In this document: positions 1-8,329 of the stretch, piece by piece
Numbering within the stretch: position 1 is the first letter of the stretch
Layout: every line of letters begins with the position of its first letter
Source: an uncultured Schleiferiaceae bacterium
Lineage (GTDB): Bacteria; Bacteroidota; Bacteroidia; Flavobacteriales; Schleiferiaceae
Reading direction: 5' to 3'
DNA: 64,000 bases
NCBI GenBank assembly: GCA_965657195.1
Contig: CBFHNK010000002.1
Coordinates: forward strand, 3,911-67,910
Translations under genes and position numbers: made by a program
The notes under the pieces: model-generated
The model's input: the letters and a program-made list of their open reading frames with translations, nothing else
What the model was told of the DNA's origin: nothing
Databases searched by the model: none

Positions 1-483
1 CTGAATCATGGTTTTGAACGAGCGAAGTGGGTACATCAGCATGCGGCGCAGCGGATTCACTTCACCGCCCCACTTGTGCACCAAGTAGTGGTAGCCCCCG
101 CCGAGCTCGAGCAGGAGCAAGGGGTCCTTGTCTTGGTACGTCAGGCGAAAGAGCGATGCGGGAGCCACAATTTTGTATCCGTTCAAACGGGTTCCGGCCG
201 CGGCGTCGAGGCGCTCCATTGCCGCAACGGCTTCGTACGGAATCTGTCCCGCAAAGTGGTTGGCATCCAAAAAGCGCAGTCGGTAGTCCACACACAGCGA
301 CTTTAAGTGGTCTTCGTGGACGATGCGGTCGCGCACCATCGCCTCTAGCGGAAGCTGGCCCTCGCGCTGAAAGGGTTCTGCCAATTTGCTGCGCTGCGCC
401 TCATCGCTGGCAAGCCATTGTTCCCAAGCCTCGGCGTCGCCCGCGCTTCGGTTTAAAAGTGTGCGTTCTAAGTCGGTTCCCAT
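1..483 (-). CDS. hypothetical protein, N-terminal 161 codons (gene continues past left edge)
   Basis: My own reverse-strand translation from the ATG at 483..481 is open all the way to position 1 (MGTDLERTLLNRSAGDAEAWEQWLASDEAQRSKLAEPFQREGQ...HYLVHKWGGEVNPLRRMLMYPLRSFKTMIQ). It is absent from the ORF track because no stop lies in the window. No family recognised. Confidence 0.55.
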   Translation of the reverse strand, partial: MGTDLERTLLNRSAGDAEAWEQWLASDEAQRSKLAEPFQREGQLPLEAMVRDRIVHEDHLKSLCVDYRLRFLDANHFAGQIPYEAVAAMERLDAAAGTRLNGYKIVAPASLFRLTYQDKDPLLLLELGGGYHYLVHKWGGEVNPLRRMLMYPLRSFKTMIQ

Positions 484-487
484 ACTG

Positions 488-495
488 TGAAATTA
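488..495 (-). promoter_or_regulatory. -7-like box TAATTTCA, 4 nt before the ATG at 483
   Basis: Reverse strand reads TAATTTCA-CAGT-ATG. This is a one/two-mismatch variant of TAnnTTTG. Confidence 0.3.
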
Positions 496-547
496 ACCGC
501 GAAAAGGCAATTGCGGTTCACACTTGACAAGGCCTAGTTCAAAAGGG

Positions 548-555
548 TACCTTTG
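548..555 (+). promoter_or_regulatory. -7 box TACCTTTG (TAnnTTTG), 6 nt before the queA ATG
   Basis: Perfect match to the Bacteroidota -7 consensus. A TTG lies 21 nt upstream (524-526) as a possible -33 element. The box is part of a 19-mer repeated at 51247. Confidence 0.5.
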
Positions 556-561
556 CCCCCT

Positions 562-1617
562 ATGAAAATGAAGCTCTCCCACTTTGGCTACGAATTGCCT
601 GAAGCGCAAATCGCGCAGCATCCTGTTGATTTTCGCGACGACGCGCGCTTGATGGTGGTGAATCGGGAATCCGGAAGCATTGAGCACCACTACTTTCGCG
701 ACCTAGCCAATTTCTTTGAGCCACGCGACCTTCTGGTAATCAACAATACAAAGGTTTTCCCGGCCCGTATGTGGGGCAACAAAGAAAAGACGGGTGCCTT
801 GATTGAGGTGTTCCTGCTTCGCGAACTCAACGCAGAGAGCCGTCTGTGGGACGTGCTGGTGGATCCCGCCCGCAAAATCCGAATCGGAAACAAACTTTAC
901 TTCGGAGACGACGACAGCCTTGTAGCCGAAGTCATCGACAACACAACTTCGCGCGGACGTACCCTTCGCTTCCTCTTTGACGGAAGCTACGAAGAGTTCC
1001 GCCTGAAGCTCAAAGAGATGGGCGAGACACCATTGCCCAAGTACATTACGCGTCCGCTCGAAGATGCAGACGCCGAGCGCTACCAGAGCATTTTTGCCAA
1101 GGTTGAAGGAGCCGTTGCCGCACCAGTGGCTTCGCTGCACTTCAGTAAAAACTTGATGAAAAAGCTCGAAATCAAGGGCATCGATACGGTGGAGATGACC
1201 ATGCATGTCGGACTCGGAACCTTTCGCCAGGTCGAAGTCGAGGACCTTTCGAAGCACAAGATGGAGTCAGAGCAGTACTGGATTTACCCAAATACTGCAG
1301 AGCGAGTCAATCAAGCAAAGGCGGAACGCCGCAAGGTCTGCGCTGTGGGCACCAGCGTCATTCGATCGCTAGAGTCCTCATCAATTACAGACCACCGCAT
1401 CAAGTCGGGCAACGGATGGACGTCCAAGTTTATTTTCCCCCCGCACGAGTTTAAGGTGGTCAACAGTTTGATTACCAACTTTCATGCGCCTCAGTCGACC
1501 ATGTTAATGCTTACCGCAGCTTTTGCGGGGTATGAACTCACTATGGACATTTACAATACTGCGGTGAAAGAGAACTACCGATTCTTGAGCTACGGCGATG
1601 CGCTTATGTTCGTGTAA
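562..1617 (+). CDS. queA: S-adenosylmethionine:tRNA ribosyltransferase-isomerase
   Basis: ORF 553..1617 (TTG) trimmed to the first ATG. It has an N-terminus typical of QueA ([18 protein letters not shown]) and the [12 protein letters not shown] motif, and is full length at about 350 aa. Confidence 0.93.
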   Translation: MKMKLSHFGYELPEAQIAQHPVDFRDDARLMVVNRESGSIEHHYFRDLANFFEPRDLLVINNTKVFPARMWGNKEKTGALIEVFLLRELNAESRLWDVLVDPARKIRIGNKLYFGDDDSLVAEVIDNTTSRGRTLRFLFDGSYEEFRLKLKEMGETPLPKYITRPLEDADAERYQSIFAKVEGAVAAPVASLHFSKNLMKKLEIKGIDTVEMTMHVGLGTFRQVEVEDLSKHKMESEQYWIYPNTAERVNQAKAERRKVCAVGTSVIRSLESSSITDHRIKSGNGWTSKFIFPPHEFKVVNSLITNFHAPQSTMLMLTAAFAGYELTMDIYNTAVKENYRFLSYGDALMFV

Positions 1618-1633
1618 GCAGATTCATACCCAT

Positions 1634-1668
1634 AAAAAAAAGCCGACCCAACGGGTCGGCTTTTTTTA
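1634..1668. terminator. bidirectional intrinsic terminator
   Basis: A8-AGCCGACCC-AAC-GGGTCGGCT-T7 lies between the convergent queA and 1682..2434 genes. Confidence 0.8.
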
Positions 1669-1681
1669 TGCGTACGGCAAT

Positions 1682-2434
1682 TTAGCGGCCGCTGCCCATA
1701 AGGTAGCCTACCTTTAGCCCCATAAAAATTCCGATGTTTCGGTAGCGGCCATCTCTGCTTTCATCAATGTAGGCTTGGTATAGCTCTTGTCCGGTAAATG
1801 GGTCAATCGTGTAGTTCTCAGCTACGATGGGAAAGTTCACGAGTCGATTGGACAAGCCAAGGCTCAAATCCACCAAAAAGCGATCGCTCGAGCGAATGTG
1901 GTAGCCCATCATAATCCCTTGGTCAAAGTTTTGCTTAAAGCTGGTGATGGGACCGTCGATGCCATCAAAGACTTTATTGTAGCGGCGGTTTTGAATGAAC
2001 GCACCGATGTAAAATCCGTCGTCGTACGAGTCTCCGCCAGGGAACACCTTGATGTTCAGCGTTTGGCTCGAGCCCGGACGTACACGGCTATCTAAGCTGT
2101 AAAACGAATTGTTGCTCCACAAGATGGCCTCATCGACAAATGCGTCAATCGTGTTGTGCAGTGTGAGTCCGAGTCCGGCTTCAATGGTAAAGTAGGGACT
2201 GAGGCGCTGTTCTATCGAAATGGGGTAGTGGCCCGAGAAGAATGGGGTCACATTGAACTTCACGGCGGTGGGGTAGCGTGCAATCATGCGGTTCCGATTC
2301 CGCACCGATTTCGAAGAATTTGAAGAACTTGATGCCGTCGTGCCGTCCACATTATAGCGTTTGACGGTGACTTGCGCTGTGGAGTCGACCGCAATGAAGG
2401 CGGCTAGGGTAAAAAAGAGCGTGCGAAAATTCAT
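1682..2434 (-). CDS. secreted / probable outer-membrane protein of unknown function
   Basis: Signal peptide MNFRTLFFTLAAFIAVDSTAQ with an AQ cleavage context like other exported proteins in the window. The body has an alternating beta-strand-like pattern. No family recognised with confidence. Confidence 0.6.
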   Translation of the reverse strand: MNFRTLFFTLAAFIAVDSTAQVTVKRYNVDGTTASSSSNSSKSVRNRNRMIARYPTAVKFNVTPFFSGHYPISIEQRLSPYFTIEAGLGLTLHNTIDAFVDEAILWSNNSFYSLDSRVRPGSSQTLNIKVFPGGDSYDDGFYIGAFIQNRRYNKVFDGIDGPITSFKQNFDQGIMMGYHIRSSDRFLVDLSLGLSNRLVNFPIVAENYTIDPFTGQELYQAYIDESRDGRYRNIGIFMGLKVGYLMGSGR

Positions 2435-2438
2435 GACG

Positions 2439-2446
2439 TAAAGATA
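2439..2446 (-). promoter_or_regulatory. -7-like box TATCTTTA, 4 nt before the ATG at 2434
   Basis: Reverse strand reads TATCTTTA-CGTC-ATG. Confidence 0.4.
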
Positions 2447-2489
2447 ATGGTCTTGCTTTCGGCAAAATTCTTGCCACTTTGAAATGAAG

Positions 2490-2497
2490 TAACTTTG
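2490..2497 (+). promoter_or_regulatory. -7 box TAACTTTG, 4 nt before the ATG at 2502
   Basis: TAACTTTG-ACCG-ATG, a perfect TAnnTTTG. Confidence 0.5.
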
Positions 2498-2501
2498 ACC
2501 G

Positions 2502-4082
2502 ATGAAGCGATTTGCCCTTTTTCTTTTGGGAGCTGTACTGCTCTCTACAGCTGGTTTAGCTCAAGATTCCGAAACCATTGAAGTTCGCTGGAGTCGGAAC
2601 TACAAAAACCGCGAAATTCAGCTTGACTATGTGACGAGTCTGGATTCCGCCAACTTTATGACCTACGGGAGCACGTCCCGTTCCCTTCTGCGCAAGGCCA
2701 AGTACTACTACGCCCGCTACGACCGCTTTAGCATGGAGCAAGTGTGGCAAGTCGAGGAGACCATCGACAAGTACCGCGATGCACCGATGAGCTTTCACAG
2801 TATGGTCACCTTCGGTCCGACGACCTACGTGTTTTACCAGGCATACTCCAAGGTGGACGACGTGCGCTACGTGCTGCTGCGCACCATCGATGCCGACGGG
2901 AACATTTCAGACTTTATTGAGCTCGACCGTATCACTGCCAAGCGCGCCTACATGGGGAGATTCAAAGTGAGCTGGAACTACAATGCCACGAGCTTCGCCG
3001 TGGTGAGCTTCCCCGAAGAGGACCGAAAAGAAGAAGTCCAGGTTGAGGTCAAGCGCTTTGACCGCGAGGGCAATCCGTTGGGGGGAGCCTCAGTCAAGTT
3101 GGATTACGCGTCCCGCAACGTCAGTATGATGGATGTGGACTACGCGATCAACGGGGACGTCTACATTCTCGCTGCACGCCGCCCGGACCGCGCCAAGAAC
3201 GAGAAGCGCCAGCTGTTTGCTCCCAACCAGGAGTTCTTCATCTTGCATGCGAATCCCAACGACGAGGTTTTTCAAGAAGTTGACCTTGGCCTTAAAGACA
3301 AGTTTGTGGTGGGCGGAATCGGCGTAGAGGCCGACCAAATCCCGGGTAAAATCGCGATCAGCGGCATGTACTCAGACAAGCGCTACGGGTCGACCAGTGG
3401 TATGTTTTACATGACCCTCGACCAAAGCACGATTGAGCCATTGACTTCAGATTTCATGAACCTTCGCGAGTTTGACTACATCAACGACGGCCGCAAAGAC
3501 GGTTCTGCCCGTGCGCGCCGTAAGGGTGTGTCGAACGAGTCGTACGTGTTTCGCGGAATGGTTCCGCGGGAAGGCGGCGGCAGCCTCGTGCTGATGGAGG
3601 ACTACGACATGGTGGTGGTCACGACCCAAACCCGCAACGGAACTGTTACGAACTACTATTACTACTACGACAACATCTGGGCGATGATGGTCGACGCTCA
3701 GGGCGAAATCGAGCGCGTTTCGGTGATTCCCAAGCAGCAGTACTCAGCCAACGACGGCGGAGTTAATTCTGGATTCTTGCTGGTGCGCGACCGCGAGAAC
3801 TTTCAGTTTTTGTTTAACGACACGCGCGGAAACGACCAGCGCTGGGCCAAAAATCAAGCGCCCAAGCGCATGGCGGCTGCCCGCAAGGCCAACCTTGTGC
3901 AGGTCACCCTCAAGCCTGACGGCACACTTGTCTACACTCCGCTGATTGAAAACCGCAAAGAGAAGGCGATCTTGATGCCGCGCCGCGGTCGTTCGTACTT
4001 GGGGACGCCAGGAGAGGCGGTTATTCCCGGCTCGAAGCGCGGAAAGTGGGTCTTTATGAGCCTCCGCCCCGAGCGCAACTAA
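2502..4082 (+). CDS. secreted protein of unknown function (526 aa)
   Basis: Signal peptide MKRFALFLLGAVLLSTAGLAQ. It is a long ORF with host-like codon usage. Its stop overlaps the rlmN start (TAATG at 4080-4084). No family recognised. Confidence 0.65.
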   Translation: MKRFALFLLGAVLLSTAGLAQDSETIEVRWSRNYKNREIQLDYVTSLDSANFMTYGSTSRSLLRKAKYYYARYDRFSMEQVWQVEETIDKYRDAPMSFHSMVTFGPTTYVFYQAYSKVDDVRYVLLRTIDADGNISDFIELDRITAKRAYMGRFKVSWNYNATSFAVVSFPEEDRKEEVQVEVKRFDREGNPLGGASVKLDYASRNVSMMDVDYAINGDVYILAARRPDRAKNEKRQLFAPNQEFFILHANPNDEVFQEVDLGLKDKFVVGGIGVEADQIPGKIAISGMYSDKRYGSTSGMFYMTLDQSTIEPLTSDFMNLREFDYINDGRKDGSARARRKGVSNESYVFRGMVPREGGGSLVLMEDYDMVVVTTQTRNGTVTNYYYYYDNIWAMMVDAQGEIERVSVIPKQQYSANDGGVNSGFLLVRDRENFQFLFNDTRGNDQRWAKNQAPKRMAAARKANLVQVTLKPDGTLVYTPLIENRKEKAILMPRRGRSYLGTPGEAVIPGSKRGKWVFMSLRPERN

Positions 4083-5146
4083 TGTCTGCAAAGCCCGATT
4101 TTCGAAGCCTTCGGCGCGAGGAGGTTCGCGCACACTTTGCCGCGTGGGGTGAGCCCGCATACCGCGCTGATCAGGTCTACGATTGGCTGTGGGCCAAGGG
4201 CGCCCAGAGTTTTGACGACATGTCCAACTTGCCCAAAACCTTGCGGGCTAAGTTGGCAGAGGAGTTTGAGTTCCGCCCCCAGCGCATTGAGTCGGTGCAG
4301 CGTTCCAGCGACGGCACACTAAAGAATGCCGTGCGCCTGCACGACGGGTTGGTCGTCGAAAGCGTGCTGATTCCGACCGAAAAGCGAATTACGGCCTGCG
4401 TTTCGAGCCAAGTGGGCTGTGCCATGGGCTGCGCGTTCTGCGCGACGGCCCGCCTCAAGCGCATGCGCAACCTTGAGCCCGACGAGATCTACGACCAGGT
4501 ACGGGCCATTCACGAGCAGGGAACCACTGAGTTCGGCCGTCCGCTGACCAACATCGTGTTTATGGGCATGGGCGAACCGCTGATGAACTACAAAAACACG
4601 CTCGAGGCCATCGACCGCATTACCTCGCCCAAAGGGCTGGGACTGTCGCCGAAGCGCATCACGCTCAGCACGGTGGGGCTGCCGAAGATGATTCGCAAGC
4701 TCGCGGACGACGGGGTGAAGTTCAACCTTGCGGTGTCGCTGCATTCCGCACGCGACGAGGTGCGGGCCCAGATTATGCCGGTCAACGATGTGGCGCCGAT
4801 TGCTGAACTCCGTTCGAGTCTGGAGTACTGGTATTCCGTCACGAAGCGCAAGGTGACCTTCGAGTACGTGGTGTGGCGCGACGTCAACGACCAACCCGAG
4901 GACGTACGGGCACTGGTGGAACTGGCCAAGCGGGTTCCGTGCAAAGTCAACTTGATTGAGTACAACGCTATTGGGGACGAGCGCTTTCGCCAAGCTGCGC
5001 CAGAGGCACTACAAGCCTACGTCGACGGGCTCGCGCGCGTCGGAGTCGTGGCCAAAGTCCGCCATTCGCGCGGCAAAGACATTGACGCTGCGTGCGGGCA
5101 GTTGGCGAACAAAAAGCTTCCGGCCGAACTTACCTCAATTGACTAA
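4082..5146 (+). CDS. rlmN: 23S rRNA/tRNA adenine-C2 methyltransferase, radical SAM
   Basis: ORF 4046..5146 trimmed to MSAKPDFRSL. It has the radical-SAM motif CAMGCAFC and the C-terminal catalytic Cys context (DAACGQL). Confidence 0.92.
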   Translation: MSAKPDFRSLRREEVRAHFAAWGEPAYRADQVYDWLWAKGAQSFDDMSNLPKTLRAKLAEEFEFRPQRIESVQRSSDGTLKNAVRLHDGLVVESVLIPTEKRITACVSSQVGCAMGCAFCATARLKRMRNLEPDEIYDQVRAIHEQGTTEFGRPLTNIVFMGMGEPLMNYKNTLEAIDRITSPKGLGLSPKRITLSTVGLPKMIRKLADDGVKFNLAVSLHSARDEVRAQIMPVNDVAPIAELRSSLEYWYSVTKRKVTFEYVVWRDVNDQPEDVRALVELAKRVPCKVNLIEYNAIGDERFRQAAPEALQAYVDGLARVGVVAKVRHSRGKDIDAACGQLANKKLPAELTSID

Positions 5147-5175
5147 TGCCACCTGCGGCGCGGAGCCGTGGGTGC

Positions 5176-5183
5176 TACCTTTG
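5176..5183 (+). promoter_or_regulatory. -7 box TACCTTTG, 5 nt before the ATG at 5189
   Basis: TACCTTTG-CAGCT-ATG. Confidence 0.45.
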
Positions 5184-5188
5184 CAGCT

Positions 5189-6325
5189 ATGACCAAATCA
5201 GCAGTTCTTGAGGCGCTTCATCAGGTGACCAACGCCAGTGGCAACGGACTCCTTGTTGAATCCGGCCACGTGAAGAATATTCAGATCTTCGGCGGCGAAG
5301 TTGAGCTGGATGTAGTGAGCGATAGTGCCGCCCTCGCTCAAAAAAAACGCCTTGAGGTAGACCTCATGAAGGCGGTGCACACGATTGACGCTAAAGTGGC
5401 GGTAAAGGTGAACCTTGAGGTGCGCACGCCGGCTCCGGCCGAAAATGCCAATGTCCTGCGCGGCAAGCCGATTCCCGGGGTCGAGCACGTCATCGCTGTG
5501 GCCTCAGGCAAGGGTGGAGTAGGTAAGTCGACGGTGACAGCCAACCTTGCTGTTTCGCTGGCTGAAATGGGCTTTAGCGTGGGGGTGGTCGATGCGGACA
5601 TCTACGGGCCGAGCATGCCCATCATGTTTGATGTGCAGCACGCGAATCCGGGCGGAATCGAAGTCAACGGCGTCCGCAAGATGGACCCGGTCGAGGCCTA
5701 CGGCGTGAAAATCATGTCGATTGGGTTCTTTGCCGGAACCGACCAAGCCGTCGTATGGCGCGGCCCGATGGCCACCAAGGCCCTCAACCAAATGCTTCAA
5801 GAGACCCATTGGGGCGAACTTGACTTTTTGCTGGTGGACCTGCCTCCTGGTACGGGCGACATTCACCTCAGCCTCGTTCAGGCCTTGCCCGTTACCGGTG
5901 CAGTTGTGGTGAGCACACCTCAGGCTGTGGCGTTGGCGGATGCCCGCAAAGGAGTGGGTATGTTCCGAATGGATGCGATCCAAATTCCGGTGCTCGGAAT
6001 CGCCGAGAACATGGCCTACTTCACGCCGCCGGCACACCCCGACGAGCAGTACCACATTTTTGGCCGCCACGGCGCCCGCAACCTCGCCGAGCAGCTTGAC
6101 GTGCCTTTCCTTGGGGAGCTACCGCTGGTCCAGAGCATTCGCGAAGCCGGAGACGTGGGTCGCCCCGCCGCCCTTCAGCAGGATGGTGTGGTTCGCGATG
6201 CATTTATCGACTTGGCCCGCAATGTCGTTTCGGCCTTGGCGGACCGTGTTTCAAACCTTCCGCCCACCGAAGCCGTGCGCATCACGACCATGGCCGGCTG
6301 CACAACCACCAAGCGCGACGTATGA
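5189..6325 (+). CDS. apbC: Mrp/ApbC-type Fe-S cluster carrier ATPase
   Basis: Deviant Walker A motif in AVASGKGGVGKSTV, followed by DADIYGPS. The ORF is trimmed to MTKSAVLEAL. Confidence 0.9.
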   Translation: MTKSAVLEALHQVTNASGNGLLVESGHVKNIQIFGGEVELDVVSDSAALAQKKRLEVDLMKAVHTIDAKVAVKVNLEVRTPAPAENANVLRGKPIPGVEHVIAVASGKGGVGKSTVTANLAVSLAEMGFSVGVVDADIYGPSMPIMFDVQHANPGGIEVNGVRKMDPVEAYGVKIMSIGFFAGTDQAVVWRGPMATKALNQMLQETHWGELDFLLVDLPPGTGDIHLSLVQALPVTGAVVVSTPQAVALADARKGVGMFRMDAIQIPVLGIAENMAYFTPPAHPDEQYHIFGRHGARNLAEQLDVPFLGELPLVQSIREAGDVGRPAALQQDGVVRDAFIDLARNVVSALADRVSNLPPTEAVRITTMAGCTTTKRDV

Positions 6326-6555
6326 CGCTCGAGGACCGCATCGAAAAGGCGCTTGCTGAAGTGCGACCCTTCCTCGAGAGCGACGGAGGTGGAATCGAAT
6401 TGGTGAAAATCGAGGTTCCGCGTGTGTTTGTGCGCCTCTTGGGAGCCTGCCACGGCTGCAGCGTCAACCAAACCACCCTCAAGCTCGGCGTCGAGAACAG
6501 TGTCCGAAGTCACGCGCCCGAAATCGAAGAGGTCGTTGCTTTGGATCATGCGTAG
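6322..6555 (+). CDS. NifU C-terminal (Nfu-type) Fe-S scaffold/carrier domain protein
   Basis: 77 aa with a LLGACHGCS CxxC motif. ATGA overlap with apbC. Confidence 0.85.
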   Translation: MTLEDRIEKALAEVRPFLESDGGGIELVKIEVPRVFVRLLGACHGCSVNQTTLKLGVENSVRSHAPEIEEVVALDHA

Positions 6556-8329
6556 CGTCGTCGTTCTTCTTGCGGGCGATTCCGGGGACGGAATCCAGTT
6601 GCTCGGAGGCCAAATCGTGCGCGCAGCAGCCCAGTCGGGCCGCGATGTTCGGACGCTTTCGGACTTTCCGGCCGAAATCCGCGCTCCGCAGGGCACGGTT
6701 AGTGGTGTTTCAGGGTTTCAGTTTCGCATCGCGTCCGATACCATTCACGATCCCGGCGCGCGCGCCGACTGCCTCGTGGCGTTCAATGCGGCCGCCTACA
6801 CGAAGTATGCGAGCCAGCTCAAGACAGGTGGTCTCTTGATCGCGGCTATCGAGGGGTTTGACGCGCGAAGCCTGGCGTTGGCGAAGCTCCCAGCTGATGC
6901 CGATTTGCTCGCCTCGGCGCGTGAGCGATTCCGGGTGCTTGAGGTTCCGGTGAAAGACTTGACCCTTGGGGCTCTGGCTGAGGTTTCGCTGGGCCAACGC
7001 GACAAGATGCGTGCGCGCAACATGCTGGTGCTCGGAATCCTCACCTGGATGTACAGCATGCCTACTGAAGTGGTTGAGGCCGAACTCCTCGCGTTATTTC
7101 GCGAAAACGAGACCAACATTTTAGCCTACAAGGCGGGCCTCAACTTTGCAGAGACCCTCGAGGTCCAGGACTACCGCGTCGAACTTGAGCAACACGGGGT
7201 CGAGTGCGGAACCTTCAAAACCATCAACGGTTCACATGCCGTGGCACTTGGACTTGCGGCAGCGGCCCACCAGCTTGGGAGGCCGATGCTCTATTCGAGC
7301 TACCCGATCACGCCGGCTTCAGATATTTTGCACGAGTTGGCCAAGCTTCAGCCCGAGCACGTGACCGTCTTTCAGGCCGAGGACGAGATCGCCGCGGTGA
7401 CCTCTGCCTTGGGTGCTTCGTTTGCGGGCGGAATTGGCGTGACCGCGTCCTCGGGCCCCGGATTGAGTCTCAAAGCTGAAGGTCTGGGCTTGGCGGTGAT
7501 GACCGAATTGCCTCTGGTGCTCATTGACGTGCAGCGCGGCGGACCCTCGACCGGATTACCTACCAAAACCGAGCAGAGCGACCTAACCCAGGCGCTTCAC
7601 GGTCGGCATGGGGAGGCTCCGCTGCCCGTGTTGGCTGCGCGCAGCGCCGCCGACGCGTTTGATACCACGCTGCTCGCGGTGAAAATTGCGGTGGAGTGCA
7701 TGACGCCGGTCATCGTGCTGTCGGACGCTTACATTGCCGGAAGCGCTCAGCCGTGGCGCATCCCTGACGTAGATGAGCTGCCGAGCATTACACCGCCCCG
7801 CGGTTCCGCTGGCGAAGAGCCCTATGCCCGCGACGCCCACGGCGTGCGCCCTTGGGTGACTCCCGGAACTCCCGGAGGAGCCCACCGCATCGGCGGCCTT
7901 GAGGGTGAGGTAGGTACGGGGCGCATTAGCTACGACCCCGCGAACCACCAAGCGATGGTCACGGCCCGAGCTGCCAAAGTTGATGCCGCAGCCCGACTGT
8001 ACGGCCCACTCGAAATCGTTCAGTGCTGTCCTGAGGCCGACACCCTCGTGCTTGCGTGGGGTTCGACCTATGGGGCGGTGCGCAGCGACGTGGAACGACG
8101 CGCTGCGGCGGGTCAGAACGTGGACTACATCCACCTGCGCCACCTGCATCCCCTTCACCCGGACCTCAAGGCGACCGCCGACCGCTACCGCCGCGTGGTG
8201 GTGGTTGAAATGAACGAGGGTCAGCTCGCACACCACCTGCAGGGTCTTTGGGCCCGCCGCGTGGAATCCGTATGCAAAACCACCGGACAGCCGTTTACCA
8301 CCGAAGAACTCGCTGAGCTATGGAATTGA
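6548..8329 (+). CDS. korA: 2-oxoglutarate/2-oxoacid:ferredoxin oxidoreductase subunit alpha
   Basis: ORF 6422..8329 trimmed to MRSVVVLLAGDSGDGIQLLG, a typical KorA N-terminus. 8-nt overlap with the nfu stop. Confidence 0.87.
   Translation: MRSVVVLLAGDSGDGIQLLGGQIVRAAAQSGRDVRTLSDFPAEIRAPQGTVSGVSGFQFRIASDTIHDPGARADCLVAFNAAAYTKYASQLKTGGLLIAAIEGFDARSLALAKLPADADLLASARERFRVLEVPVKDLTLGALAEVSLGQRDKMRARNMLVLGILTWMYSMPTEVVEAELLALFRENETNILAYKAGLNFAETLEVQDYRVELEQHGVECGTFKTINGSHAVALGLAAAAHQLGRPMLYSSYPITPASDILHELAKLQPEHVTVFQAEDEIAAVTSALGASFAGGIGVTASSGPGLSLKAEGLGLAVMTELPLVLIDVQRGGPSTGLPTKTEQSDLTQALHGRHGEAPLPVLAARSAADAFDTTLLAVKIAVECMTPVIVLSDAYIAGSAQPWRIPDVDELPSITPPRGSAGEEPYARDAHGVRPWVTPGTPGGAHRIGGLEGEVGTGRISYDPANHQAMVTARAAKVDAAARLYGPLEIVQCCPEADTLVLAWGSTYGAVRSDVERRAAAGQNVDYIHLRHLHPLHPDLKATADRYRRVVVVEMNEGQLAHHLQGLWARRVESVCKTTGQPFTTEELAELWN

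Noticed and set aside
27-527. 166-aa plus-strand ORF, and overlapping 62..295(-) and 76..306(+) ORFs, at the left edge
   Set aside because: The translation is Arg/Pro/Ala-rich junk typical of off-frame reading in GC-rich DNA. The reverse strand in another frame is open from the ATG at 483 to the window edge with a sensible protein sequence and a -7-like box upstream. That ORF is called instead.
484-547. Possible preQ1-type riboswitch upstream of queA (small hairpin AACCGC...GCGGTT at 494-518, A-rich tail)
   Set aside because: The sequence does not match the preQ1 aptamer consensus as I remember it. It also lies upstream of the -7 box at 548, so it would not be part of the queA transcript. 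queA is not a typical preQ1-riboswitch target.
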